In this document: one piece after another, positions 15,701 to 25,015 of the stretch
How the letters are laid out: the number at the start of each line of letters is the position of its first letter
How positions within the stretch are numbered: the stretch's first letter is position 1
DNA from: a virus
IMG/VR virus record: IMGVR_UViG_3300009702_000016
Span: 64,001 to 128,000 of that record
DNA length: 64,000 nt
Direction: 5' to 3' (one strand)
Notes under the pieces: generated by a model
What the model saw: the letters and a program-made list of their open reading frames with translations, nothing else
Databases searched by the model: none
Told to the model about the DNA's origin: nothing
Translations under genes and position numbers: made by a program

Positions 15701-17842
15701 GAGGATGAGCCCACCGGGTCTTACTCGGATCAAACCTCTGCGGGTACCATGCCTGTTTTTGGAAGGTCTGGTATCCGATCTACCTTACGTCGAGGTAGCA
15801 GGCCCTCGCAAACATCAGTACAGTCTTCTAGCTCCGATACGACTAATCCTTGCAACTTAGGACCTGAGGACTTGTTTAGCTCTCCTCTTGGACCTGCACA
15901 AGAAAACGTGTTTAGGGGAAGGTCTCGTACCTCCTTGTCTGGTCGTTTTGCTGACACTGAACCCTCTGGTGTTCCCACGTCCGCTTCTGTAGCAGAGTTC
16001 AAAGAAGGATTTCCTCGTTACGCGATAGGGGTGTACGATCTCAGAGTAGAAGGATCAATCCAGCAGTGGCATAGAGGTGTCGACATACAGACTGTTCCTG
16101 GTGCAGATGTTTTCTCCGTAGCGAACGGTGTGGTAATCCATATTAAGTCACAGTTTGCTCCCGTACCCTCCAGGGGTCAGTTCAGTGGTCAGAGAGGGTT
16201 GGACCCTCAGATGGCCATCTACATCATCCACAGATATGGATATGTAACGGTGTACAGGCATCTTGACCCATCTTCTATCTTGGTATCTCCAGGTGAGGTA
16301 GTTGGAAGAAATCAGCCGATTGGAAAAGTTGGCCTTTCTGGCGCTGAGAGGATGTTTAAGCCTACTCATCTTCACTTTGAAACATGTGCTGTGTTCGGCT
16401 CTGATGTGTTCGAAAAGTATGTGTCCACTGCTATAACAGATGACCCATCTAAGCGGTTTCGACTTGTTCGTCAGAGTGAGATAAGAGCACTTGGGGCTTC
16501 GTCCAGAACGGCTGTCGAGGCCCTCACAGTTGGAACTTCTACCGGAGGAAGCACTATCACTGCTCGTGATCGTGGTAGTCTTAGAGTTATGTACAACGCA
16601 GGCTTTACTGTTGGGGCTTTGCGTGACGAGAGTGCTTCCGGCTTAGACCTTGACTTTCTTAGAGCGTCGGATGGTACGTATCGTGTTCGAAGTACCCAGT
16701 TGCTTACTTGGAGTCCCCTTCCTTCTAAGTTCCCTTTTTCTCGTGCAGACTCTCCAAGTAGACCCTACGGTCCCCGTGGGAGCGATAAGGAGTTGATGAG
16801 TCTTAGCGAATACAGGGATCGATTTTCTCTGAAGGGAATACCCGGACTTAACATAGTTGCTCAATCTGGGTCGCAAGAACCTGTTCCCGTTCCTGAGATA
16901 TCGACTTCCGGATCTTCCTCTGCTACTCGTGCAGCGGAGAGACGAAGGGCTAGAGCGATTCGGACTAATGAGAGAATTCAGCAGCATCAGCAAGCACATC
17001 AAGAGGATCTCGACCAGCAAAAGGCACTGTTTTCTGACGCGGTACCGCCTAATGACTGCCCTCCCGGGTCCTTTACTAACTCAGAGCTTGCAGACGACCT
17101 TTCTGAGCCTCCTATCCTGGAGATAAGTCTAAAGGCGTTCTGGGGCAAGTCATTGTACATTCGAGGAAGAAACTTCTACACTGAGGGAGATTACATCACC
17201 CCCTCAAAGAGTAGTGGGTTCTCCACCTTGTATCTCAGCCCTGCCGTGGGACACAGCAGGGAAGACGCCGATAACGTTTTAAGAGAAGGACTGAAGGTAG
17301 GTTGGTGGGTAGGACAGTCCGAGATGGTTCCCGGTACCTATGTTGAAGCCATAAATAGGCGTGTCGCCATTGCGAACCCGAAGGAGCCGTTCGTTATCAA
17401 CTGGGAGAGAGCGCCTGAGTGGTCAGAGGAGAGCGACAGGTTGGCCTTGTACGACTTCTTGCTAGACTTGGCTAAGACCTATCCTGTTGGGATATCTACT
17501 CTTGACCGCTATAGATACAGAAATGAGGCAGCAACTCACCTTTCTGGAAAGGTGGTTTACATGCCAGAGCAATACAGCCTAGGGACTGGCCATACCACAG
17601 GTGATCCTGCAACAGACGCGGCCAACCGGGCTACCTCGCGGGCTGCTCTCGCAGATAAATGGGGAGGACCCTCGTTGGTTATACCTACAGTTGCTGGGTA
17701 TAGAAGAGACGACGCGGAAATGTTTTTGGACTACTTGAAGACCTTCAGTTCACTTAAGGGGTCTCTTGTGTGGGATACCCGCTTCACCCGTACCAAGGCG
17801 AGAAGTTACTCCCTTTGGCCTATAGCAGGAGAGCCAATATGA
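12725..17842 (+). CDS. Baseplate hub / tail-associated lysin with M23 peptidase and a possible C-terminal glycoside hydrolase
   Basis: Hub-like VYIEG...NSCELSLDN...PVFTGFIV...VSCKD and FWVSGAGDLIFEFAQYDF. M23 motifs HRGVDI...VFSVANGVV...YRHL...V.PGEVVGRNQPIGKVG.SG...HLHFE. Lies directly upstream of spike and wedge genes. Confidence 0.82.
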   Translation: MPSSGDGENNNRTVTGPSAQNLPDPGTDAQTSTVVSPGLPGDPAAPSPPAVVDNTPTASGDTPRRTRTAAQLEAEDAIRDSSSTADSEVARVGQAPHYFAEQIHQAFYHEAIVYIEGEDVSPFLVGSISVSYGFGNDPNSCELSLDNAGHRFTITPENLKGEFRRTSPVEQFGPIDYDETVKSNMYARKGSSAINPVDPDSGGRRFPLHLWGSIFHKYDSIRVWIHNPASENDEWIPVFTGFIVSKPTTEDYIKGLSVVKVSCKDIRHLMQRMRVNKNTMLTTYQTTGAGADPTNQNSISNLNMFHTRDSRTSTAQFSDSSNRSFSEGFFSDVVRGSNFENPWTSLTLPNLIATLTFLPERASQSLLSSRDTAVQHENSTQDRRVLVAAARELQPLQAKVEANGLDSLSDTERERYNTTSSVLTQASASTGDIAKIINGTFRPHDQSEDNAADTANATTEASATTGSTTGRTTNIADRSEGMSHGSGRIGRMRPGVFPWRGSLFGDPPRPYYREHRFPQSSTTSSHNTGYYAAVAEHMEKWYNLCFFSTPLRHDSSLLSLEYVPFSSTPTQTGVSVSDSAPDYSAENRRYWTESEVRAAGMRITREGAWHPSAQAVHFLSPGTSTPAEMLWDQKVISSTPTSQNPNWSNRLAILSEACKTADYRFWVSGAGDLIFEFAQYDFSPKDYGAWENVLTLDHHLKNESLDDEGGEIKTGMSVTGSITQHASIDESGITTLHPITTVGVWSPNLASRLGIDIAVRSYPQINDPNRLEQIATLEFQKALAVADKYSISLAFRPWVILNRPIFNSYRARYALVDGVRWTYPVTAGEMAGHTAPTMQLSLNYTRSLDEVGVPRYITGGPSNAMYFARPANSSASRNYLTSTTARLRTFASALHTISTTGELTQQQRDVLRDRYRAVFPAGQNVYNVVSSLLLTSGTQPPGEEDPRITALRSIEADIEELTQHPGAFTEQETLARLQDLESRSSALARSLEEDEPTGSYSDQTSAGTMPVFGRSGIRSTLRRGSRPSQTSVQSSSSDTTNPCNLGPEDLFSSPLGPAQENVFRGRSRTSLSGRFADTEPSGVPTSASVAEFKEGFPRYAIGVYDLRVEGSIQQWHRGVDIQTVPGADVFSVANGVVIHIKSQFAPVPSRGQFSGQRGLDPQMAIYIIHRYGYVTVYRHLDPSSILVSPGEVVGRNQPIGKVGLSGAERMFKPTHLHFETCAVFGSDVFEKYVSTAITDDPSKRFRLVRQSEIRALGASSRTAVEALTVGTSTGGSTITARDRGSLRVMYNAGFTVGALRDESASGLDLDFLRASDGTYRVRSTQLLTWSPLPSKFPFSRADSPSRPYGPRGSDKELMSLSEYRDRFSLKGIPGLNIVAQSGSQEPVPVPEISTSGSSSATRAAERRRARAIRTNERIQQHQQAHQEDLDQQKALFSDAVPPNDCPPGSFTNSELADDLSEPPILEISLKAFWGKSLYIRGRNFYTEGDYITPSKSSGFSTLYLSPAVGHSREDADNVLREGLKVGWWVGQSEMVPGTYVEAINRRVAIANPKEPFVINWERAPEWSEESDRLALYDFLLDLAKTYPVGISTLDRYRYRNEAATHLSGKVVYMPEQYSLGTGHTTGDPATDAANRATSRAALADKWGGPSLVIPTVAGYRRDDAEMFLDYLKTFSSLKGSLVWDTRFTRTKARSYSLWPIAGEPI

Positions 17843-18984
17843 GTACAGTAGGTAGAGCCTATCAGCAGAGAGACATAACTTCCCAAGACGAGTCTCAGTA
17901 CGCCTCTCGGCCCATGGGTGCAGTCGTTGTATCGTCAAATCCTGAACGGGATACTATGACGTATACCTCGGCTACTGGAGGCAGGCAGATGCCTGTTTCC
18001 CACCCGTACCTTGGTCCTAATAGTTGGCTGCGAATTATGCCCGAGCGGAGAACTGGGATAATTCTGGACACGAGGGCAGAGACTGGAGATACTTACACTA
18101 CCGCATACATCACCGAGGATAGTGCTGCTTCACGTATTTCAGCGACTTATGGAGACGACCCAAGGTTTTACTACCGACGTCTCCAGGAGTCTGAGATCGA
18201 TATCACGAGCAAGGGCCTAGCTTCCGCTCATTTCGGAAAGACGGGGACCTTGTCTCTTCGTGGCGGCCCTATGACACAGACCTTTGACGTAGAAAACTTG
18301 GAGGTGGACGCCAATTCCCCTACCTTTGTATACAGAACCTTCGGAAATGCTGTAGGATCCGTATCGAATGAGGTCAGATTTGGACTTTCGAAGAGGTTTT
18401 CCTCCGACTCTGACCCTTCTCCTCGCTGGGTTCAGGTGCAGGATCAAGAGGGTACCTCTATTTTTGCAAAGGAGTACATAAGGAACATCGGAAGTCAGAG
18501 TTCTGCTTCCCCTATGCTCATTGACCATCGGGAGGGGAACGTAATACTGGACGATGGTACGGAAGAGACATCTCCCATCACTGGAAAAACCTTACGAAGC
18601 CATACAAGGTACGGAACAGTGAACTCTGAGGAGGCTTCTTTGGAGGTCGACACTGAGGGAAACATGGCGATGTTTATACCGGATCGGGCTTCTCACGGAT
18701 TGGATCTCACAATAGTGAACTCTGATTTAAGGATTTCGGTAGGAAAGGATGAGCTTCATAGTGTTGAGAGAAACTCCGTGCTTGAATCAGGTAGTAGGAT
18801 GGAGCTTGAGTCCCCAGAAATTGATCTAGGAAGAAACGCAGAGATGCCTGCCGTTAGAGGAACTGACCTTAAGAATTGGGTCAGAAACGCCGTTGTTCAG
18901 ACAGCCATGGGACCCGCTAACTTTTCCGTTGTTACTCAGGAGAACATTGTGGATGCTTTCAGCACTAAGGTTTATGTGGAGTGA
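17839..18984 (+). CDS. Baseplate central spike (gp5/gpV-like)
   Basis: ATGA overlap with the hub; OB-fold-like N-terminus (SWLRIMPERRTGIIL); beta-repeat C-terminus ending IDLG..AEMPAVRG..L...T.MGP...FSTKVYVE. Confidence 0.62.
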   Translation: MSTVGRAYQQRDITSQDESQYASRPMGAVVVSSNPERDTMTYTSATGGRQMPVSHPYLGPNSWLRIMPERRTGIILDTRAETGDTYTTAYITEDSAASRISATYGDDPRFYYRRLQESEIDITSKGLASAHFGKTGTLSLRGGPMTQTFDVENLEVDANSPTFVYRTFGNAVGSVSNEVRFGLSKRFSSDSDPSPRWVQVQDQEGTSIFAKEYIRNIGSQSSASPMLIDHREGNVILDDGTEETSPITGKTLRSHTRYGTVNSEEASLEVDTEGNMAMFIPDRASHGLDLTIVNSDLRISVGKDELHSVERNSVLESGSRMELESPEIDLGRNAEMPAVRGTDLKNWVRNAVVQTAMGPANFSVVTQENIVDAFSTKVYVE

Positions 18985-19460
18985 TCATGGCTCTTGTGGT
19001 TAGTTCCTTGATTTCGGATTTGGAGGATTTGTTTTCCGATCCTCCATCGACTTTTGAAGGGTGTGCTACGGCCTGGGCCTCTAGCATGGCAGACTACTCC
19101 GCTCTTTTGACTCCACCCCTCTTGGCGCCTCCTGTCTCGGCTCAAGCTGTTATGGAAGTAGAACTGACTTCCGCATTCGCCTCTGCTGCGGGAGCAGGTA
19201 GAGAGGCAGCAGCAGAAAGCCTGGAGGTTGTCTGGAGGACCTTTGCTGTATCTTTGGGAGCATTGATCGCTCCTCCCTTCTCCTCCTCCCCTGCTCAAGT
19301 TCCCCCTCTAAATGTTGGGTTTCTTGAGTTATTTACCCGTGACTCTAGTGCGGCCACGCATCACAGTTCGGCTGACGACGTAGCAAGAAAGATTCACGCT
19401 TGGATGCTCACTGGGACCTCGACTAATACTTCGTCGGGGGCCACAGTTCCTTGGTCCTAG
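18981..19460 (+). CDS. Small baseplate-associated protein
   Basis: 159 aa coupled to the spike; ends IHAWMLTGT...VPWS. Confidence 0.55.
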   Translation: MIMALVVSSLISDLEDLFSDPPSTFEGCATAWASSMADYSALLTPPLLAPPVSAQAVMEVELTSAFASAAGAGREAAAESLEVVWRTFAVSLGALIAPPFSSSPAQVPPLNVGFLELFTRDSSAATHHSSADDVARKIHAWMLTGTSTNTSSGATVPWS

Positions 19461-19487
19461 CTTCTTATCTCTGTGTAGAGGACTCTA

Positions 19488-20174
19488 ATGGCTATTAATA
19501 CCAAACCCAACACTCAGAACTCCCAGAATGTCCAGACTCTGTCAACGACTGTAGAACTGGGATCTACCCAGGCCGTGGCTGAAGGAAACTTTGATCCTTT
19601 AACCTTGCAGCAGGCCATCATTGCTAATGTAAGAGCACGTCAGGATGTTCCTATTCTTGAAACAGGAGCTAACTATTCTGAGGTTGTTCTTGCTTGGAGC
19701 GAGGCGTTTGGGACTGTTCAGAACGCCGTCAACTCCGAGCTTTATGCTAATACTGATGCCTTGGCGAATATCATTAGTGACCTTGGCGGCGCAGGGAGCG
19801 GCTCTGTATCCGCTCCGACTCTTTTGTTTGACATCATTGGCCCCGTTGTGGTTGGGTCTTTGGTATATCAGAACGGAAACAACGCTGTTTCTCTTGTTGA
19901 CTCCACCTCCGCCGCTCTGGGTCCTGCGATAGGCATTGTAGTTGAACTGCCTACAGCTTCCACAGCCCGTGTTCAGGACGTCGGAAGTGTCATCTACGTA
20001 GCAGGATCCTTCCCGTTCCTTCCCCTCGTACCCGACTCTACGTATTATGTAGGAACAGGAGGAGAAATAACATTAGCTCCAAACCCTTCTCCTGGTGGAT
20101 ACATTCAGGAGATTGGGTATTCAAAGACAGATTTAGAGCTTGTATTGAACATACAAGAGCTTACCCTAGTCTAG
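19488..20174 (+). CDS. Virion protein with a C-terminal DUF2190/capsid-cement-like domain
   Basis: G.LVY...PAIGIVV...ARVQDVG...LVPDSTYYVGTGGEIT..P...GYIQEIGY....ELVL; similar to the C-terminus of 43092..45656. Confidence 0.55.
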   Translation: MAINTKPNTQNSQNVQTLSTTVELGSTQAVAEGNFDPLTLQQAIIANVRARQDVPILETGANYSEVVLAWSEAFGTVQNAVNSELYANTDALANIISDLGGAGSGSVSAPTLLFDIIGPVVVGSLVYQNGNNAVSLVDSTSAALGPAIGIVVELPTASTARVQDVGSVIYVAGSFPFLPLVPDSTYYVGTGGEITLAPNPSPGGYIQEIGYSKTDLELVLNIQELTLV

Positions 20175-20181
20175 TTCCATA

Positions 20182-22050
20182 ATGTCAATATCAACCTTAC
20201 GCTGTCAGACTGACCCCAGCATTGACTCTGCGCTCGCTTCTTACCAGGATTCGTTAGGCGAGCAGATTATCCAATTTCGTTCTGCTCTGGCTACTCTTAG
20301 TTTGACTGCAGATGCAATGGAGGAAGAGTTCTCTGGCCCTCTACGTAGCGCTCTCGGGGCGGTTCTCGCTTCTGGAGATTCTTCTTTGGATGAGTTTCTT
20401 GATCTGTCCGGTATCCCCCAAGGGGATACCCCGGACGACCTAGAACGTGCTTTTGACGAGCGTTATGGTATCACTATCGTCGATGGTAGGCTAATTTTAG
20501 ACGGGGACGTCGATGTCTCTTCTATAAAGACTCTTGCCCGAATGCTTGGTGGACTGTCTGGGATCTATGACAAGTTTCCGTTTCTAGGTGACCATCCTGT
20601 GGATGATGATTTAGGATCAAGCTCGTTTGTGGAGGCTCCATCCTTCCCGATTCAGCTTTTAGTCGTATTTTCTCGTCATATTTCATCGACAATACCTGAG
20701 ACATTTCCTCCTGTATCATTTACTGATGAGGAAGTACTAGGGGTGGATGTAAGTCTATCCTCTATTCTAGATCTTCCGGGGGTAGTTGAGTCGGAAGTAA
20801 TAACCAACGTGTTCTGGCTTGGTCAATCCTCTCCCGTCGCCTCTGCTCGTCGAAAGATGCGATCCCTAGGACTTCCTGGAAGCTATTTTGTGGATGCTGT
20901 TTCCGGCTCCTCTTCTTCCTCTTTGGTTGTTAATACGATCCCAAACCCACTAGATATACCAAGATTTTCTGCGGCTTTTGGAAGCTCTGCTGATGCCGTT
21001 CTGCAGAGAGTTACTCGTCCATTATCCCTGTTTCCTGATCCTTCCGATGCCGCCGAAGCGATTACCCGCTTCATCCAAAGGTCAACCCCAGGAGGAGCGG
21101 GATCTTCTGGTGTTCAGGACTTCTCCTCTCCCACCTCGGCCTTGATGTCTGTACTTGATATTGGAAAAACGTTCAATATCGACGAGTTCTCAGACTCCCT
21201 AGGGGTTTCGACGGATCCTGACAATCTCCCTGCTACTCAGTTTGCTGAAGGGATAAGTAAGTCCATAAAGACTAACCTTGCGGTGTCGAATGCGATGATG
21301 GCTGAGTTTCAGTCCGCTGTGTCTGGTCCACTCAACTCCATGTTATCCCTACAAAGTGTAGCGAACTCTCTCCTCAATGACCCTTCTGGTCAGGTTATGA
21401 ATTGTGTCCTCGGGGCGGGTTTCTCCCCTTCTTTCGACTACGGGGTTCCTGGCGTTCCCTCCATTGGAGCAGGAACTCCAGGTATACCAGGAGTTACTAC
21501 TGCAAGCGCTTTAGAGTCTGCACTTAGTACTATTGAGAACAAGGTAGACTTTGCTTTGTCATTTTTGGACGGAGTGTCTGGTGTTACTGGGGCCTTGCAG
21601 GGAGTTTCGTGTACTGGATCTTTTCTGTCTGGATCGAACTCCCTGACCCCTTCTCTTCCTAGCTTCATGCCCTGCGCTGCGGAGAGACAGGAAGACCTTG
21701 GCTTCTCTTTGCCTCCTTTTCATGCTGACTCTTTGGGTGTTGCCAAGATCATAACTGATACTCTAACTTCTGTGGCTTCCTCGTTTCGTTTGAATATTAG
21801 GATGATGAAGATGCAGATGGTGTCAATGCGTTCTTCTATTCGGGATACTGTATTTCTACGAGGAAGTAGTGGAAGTACGTCTCTTCCTGGTATTCCTGAT
21901 GTTCCTGGATTGCCAGGTATCCCGGACATCCCTGCCTCTCCTAGCCTTCCTGGCGGTAGCCTTCCTGGGGGCGGCTGTGCTGCTCCTGCAGCGTCGCTTT
22001 TGTCCTCTCTTCTGCGCCAACGCTCCCTTGAGGGCTTTACTCCAACATAG
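20182..22050 (+). CDS. Hypothetical virion-region protein with PG(I/V/L)P repeats
   Basis: 622 aa in the baseplate cluster; LPGIPDVPGLPGIPDIP. Confidence 0.7.
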   Translation: MSISTLRCQTDPSIDSALASYQDSLGEQIIQFRSALATLSLTADAMEEEFSGPLRSALGAVLASGDSSLDEFLDLSGIPQGDTPDDLERAFDERYGITIVDGRLILDGDVDVSSIKTLARMLGGLSGIYDKFPFLGDHPVDDDLGSSSFVEAPSFPIQLLVVFSRHISSTIPETFPPVSFTDEEVLGVDVSLSSILDLPGVVESEVITNVFWLGQSSPVASARRKMRSLGLPGSYFVDAVSGSSSSSLVVNTIPNPLDIPRFSAAFGSSADAVLQRVTRPLSLFPDPSDAAEAITRFIQRSTPGGAGSSGVQDFSSPTSALMSVLDIGKTFNIDEFSDSLGVSTDPDNLPATQFAEGISKSIKTNLAVSNAMMAEFQSAVSGPLNSMLSLQSVANSLLNDPSGQVMNCVLGAGFSPSFDYGVPGVPSIGAGTPGIPGVTTASALESALSTIENKVDFALSFLDGVSGVTGALQGVSCTGSFLSGSNSLTPSLPSFMPCAAERQEDLGFSLPPFHADSLGVAKIITDTLTSVASSFRLNIRMMKMQMVSMRSSIRDTVFLRGSSGSTSLPGIPDVPGLPGIPDIPASPSLPGGSLPGGGCAAPAASLLSSLLRQRSLEGFTPT

Positions 22051-22062
22051 GGATTTTGATTT

Positions 22063-22611
22063 ATGCGACGTCTTACTCTAGATGAAGTAACAAAGGTATC
22101 GGATAGGTCTCGTGGGGAATCCAGACCTGAGTTTTTCGATTCCTCTGTTCGCGAGTCTGTTCAGATTTCTGAGGACTTTGAGACTTATCTGATTTTGGCC
22201 ACTTCTCAGGTCAAGGAAGATGTATCAAGCCTATTTCAAGTTGTCATTGATAATGATCCTAACCAGGCAGGATTGCGCTCTACAGTTTTGTCTTCCTTTT
22301 TGGAGAACGATTCCAACAACGAAATAGAGAAGAAGCGGAAGTTTTCCAATCTGACCTCTCTTTATGACTCTGTTCGCTCTGAGTTTGCTTCGTCAATTGA
22401 GGGGTTTGAGGACATACGAGAGACTTCCTTACTCCAAGAGGCACTAACTTCTTCCTTGTCTGGAATCGTTGCAGCTCGTGATCGCCATGAGTTTAACAAC
22501 TCTGTTAACCAGGTATTGAAGAGAAGAGATAGTGCTTCCGGGTTATCTGAGTCTGTGACTGAGGCTCAATCTTGGGTAAGAGTCCTCGCAGAGTACGAGA
22601 GCGATGTCTAG
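22063..22611 (+). CDS. Hypothetical helical protein
   Basis: 182 aa; overlaps the next gene. Confidence 0.7.
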   Translation: MRRLTLDEVTKVSDRSRGESRPEFFDSSVRESVQISEDFETYLILATSQVKEDVSSLFQVVIDNDPNQAGLRSTVLSSFLENDSNNEIEKKRKFSNLTSLYDSVRSEFASSIEGFEDIRETSLLQEALTSSLSGIVAARDRHEFNNSVNQVLKRRDSASGLSESVTEAQSWVRVLAEYESDV

Positions 22612-23104
22612 GACAGTTAAAAAGAGAGACGGAGATATTGTATTCAATCTGAGCAACGGGCGTCAACCTCTTATCACGGGAGTCGAGAAGCTGACTCAGG
22701 ATGCCGCTGACGCCTTGATGACGGAATATGATCCCAGTCGCGCCTTTGGTAGTCAGGCAGCAACTCTGGATGCAGTTAATGAGAGGAACTTGTCTGGTTC
22801 CATCGGTACACTAAACCGAGGTCTGATAAAGTCGTTCACCCGAGAGGCTCTGGAGAGGCTTAGTGCCCTTCAGCACTTACGAGGAGATAATGCTGACCCC
22901 TTTGAGACAATCAAAACTATAGGAACCATTAGAGTAATTCAGTTTTCAAAGACCGGCTATATGTCTTTCGTCAATATTGAGCCTGAGGCCGGTCCTGTCG
23001 TCGACACTTCGACTTTCTTGGTTCAGCTTCGTCATCAGTTCCTATCTTCCAGTAAGCCGAACCTTCCAGGGTCGGTGGTTACCGATGACGTTTCTCCCGT
23101 TTAA
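22604..23104 (+). CDS. Baseplate wedge subunit, gp25/gpW-like
   Basis: DGDIVF....ITGVEKLTQD...LMT.....FGS...LERL..LQ...ETI..I; sits just before baseplate J. Confidence 0.7.
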   Translation: MSRTVKKRDGDIVFNLSNGRQPLITGVEKLTQDAADALMTEYDPSRAFGSQAATLDAVNERNLSGSIGTLNRGLIKSFTREALERLSALQHLRGDNADPFETIKTIGTIRVIQFSKTGYMSFVNIEPEAGPVVDTSTFLVQLRHQFLSSSKPNLPGSVVTDDVSPV

Positions 23105-23107
23105 TCT

Positions 23108-24505
23108 ATGGCCCGTACACTAACACAGATAGAACAGACGTTGGCCCGCAGTATTGCACTGCAGGACTCCTCTATAGACACGGTTAAGGGTCCTGTCTTC
23201 GACATATACATTCGACCGCAGGCGACGCAGTCAAGGTTTATCGAGCTTCTCTACGACGATCTAAGCCGAAGGTACAGTCTTGATTATGTCCAGTCCCGGG
23301 ACCCCACGAGCGTTCAGCTTTACGGCGCGAATCACGGACTAAGACGCAGTGGTGGAAAGTCTGCGTCTGGAAACGTAACGTTTTTCACCTACTCTCCACC
23401 TGACTCAGGTTCTACTCTTACGATTCCTGCGGGTACTGTCGTTGCCACCTCGGACTTCAGGATTTCTTTCCGTACGACTCAGGATGCGTTCATCTCGGGT
23501 AGCTCACTTCCTTCGTTCTATAACGCATCGACTAGGAGGTATGAAGTAAGGGTTCCTATCATTGCATTGGGCTCTGGCGACGTCTTTGAGGTTCCCCCTA
23601 CTCGTATCAAAAACATATCGTCAGCTCTTCCGGGGATAGACGGGGTAACTAATACTGAGAGGGTTTCAAACAGTGTAGAGGCCGAGTCCCTGGACCATTT
23701 CGGCACTCGGATCCGTTCCAAGTTCAATGGTCTTGCTCTTGGGTCAGGTGATGGCCTTGCTAGCTTGATACGGCAGTTTGACACAGACAACATAAGCGAC
23801 TTAGCTATGGTGTACAGCACGGACCCATTGTTTAGGCGTCGAACACGAAGGTCTGCTTGGGATGTGTACCTAATTGGAACTCTTCCCGAGACGAGTTCAA
23901 CAGTTTTTGTGGGGAACGGGGTTACACGATCCTTTACGCTTCCCTTGGCTCCCGTACTTGCGGTTTCCTCCGTCAAGGTCGGTTCAGCTTCTGTCGGGTT
24001 CACCCTAGTACCAGACAGCACAGACCAGTTGTCGACATCTTCCAGGGCTGTAGATGTCGTGGAGCTTGCAACTACCCCAGGAGTGAACGAGGTCATTACT
24101 GTCTCTTACTCCTACGATAAGCTAATTCGTGACGTACAAGACTACGTTGATAGTATAGGGGTGCAGCTGTACAGGGCTGATATTCTAGTGAGAAAGGCTA
24201 TTCCAGTTCCTATTAGGTCTCGTGTTCGAGTTCAAGTGTTGAGTTCGTTTGATGCCACAGAGGCAGCCTCGGCCGCCTTTGCTACGGTGTCAGAGTTCTC
24301 TAGCCAGTCCAGCTACGTGTCCCTTCTGTTCGCTGATAAGCTCAGGGAGAACTTATCTTCTGCCGTGGCGGGGGTGTCGAACGTAAGTATTGTGGAGTTC
24401 ACTAGAGATTTGACTGGAACTATTCCTGTTGAGACAGTGGAGTTTGCAGCAAATGAGTACCCAGAGACACCTGACTCTTTGATTACGGTTGATATCGTGC
24501 AATGA
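23108..24505 (+). CDS. Baseplate J-like wedge protein (gp6/gpJ family)
   Basis: ANHGLRR..G.SASGNVTF, TIPAGTVVAT, VPIIALGSG, GIDGVTN, ESLDHF..RI, DVYLIG. Confidence 0.88.
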   Translation: MARTLTQIEQTLARSIALQDSSIDTVKGPVFDIYIRPQATQSRFIELLYDDLSRRYSLDYVQSRDPTSVQLYGANHGLRRSGGKSASGNVTFFTYSPPDSGSTLTIPAGTVVATSDFRISFRTTQDAFISGSSLPSFYNASTRRYEVRVPIIALGSGDVFEVPPTRIKNISSALPGIDGVTNTERVSNSVEAESLDHFGTRIRSKFNGLALGSGDGLASLIRQFDTDNISDLAMVYSTDPLFRRRTRRSAWDVYLIGTLPETSSTVFVGNGVTRSFTLPLAPVLAVSSVKVGSASVGFTLVPDSTDQLSTSSRAVDVVELATTPGVNEVITVSYSYDKLIRDVQDYVDSIGVQLYRADILVRKAIPVPIRSRVRVQVLSSFDATEAASAAFATVSEFSSQSSYVSLLFADKLRENLSSAVAGVSNVSIVEFTRDLTGTIPVETVEFAANEYPETPDSLITVDIVQ

Positions 24506-24729
24506 CCAACCGTTTAACGACCTTGGACGTTGATTACATCGGTTGTCACGACGGAAACGTACATTATATCGTGTATAATGGTAGGAAGTTTTGTGCTTCT
24601 GACCTTGAGTTTCTCGCGGCACAGGGCCGATGTTCTTTCGTTGACGTTGAGTCCCTAGAAGAAGTTGAGGTCGACTTTAACGACCTATACAATGCTCTAA
24701 GTCCAACCTCGGTGTCCGTACATGGCTAA
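24502..24729 (+). CDS. Small hypothetical protein
   Basis: 75 aa with overlaps at both ends. Confidence 0.6.
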   Translation: MTNRLTTLDVDYIGCHDGNVHYIVYNGRKFCASDLEFLAAQGRCSFVDVESLEEVEVDFNDLYNALSPTSVSVHG

Positions 24730-25015
24730 GACGAATCGAAGATTTCTTGATTTTTCCCTTCCTGAGGAGGACTCTAAGTCCTATCCAGGTCCGGGTTTGG
24801 ACAAGATTCCACCTCAAGACGGCGCAGCCCTTCCTGAGCAAGACCGTTTTAGTAACCCCCATAACGACTTACCTGGTGGGGATAACAAAAGAGGTCCCAG
24901 TCGATTCGTTAAGGATGTTCCATTTGATGAATCAATCGTCGTAGGGAACCCCTCTTCTATCTTTAACTCTGTGGAGGACTATATTCCACGAGACGACCCT
25001 AGGGATATCACATGA
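24722..25015 (+). CDS. Small Pro/Asp-rich hypothetical protein
   Basis: 97 aa with overlaps at both ends. Confidence 0.6.
   Translation: MAKTNRRFLDFSLPEEDSKSYPGPGLDKIPPQDGAALPEQDRFSNPHNDLPGGDNKRGPSRFVKDVPFDESIVVGNPSSIFNSVEDYIPRDDPRDIT

Noticed and set aside
23518-24096. 192-aa minus-strand ORF
   Set aside because: Lies wholly antisense to the well-supported baseplate J gene and has no motif.
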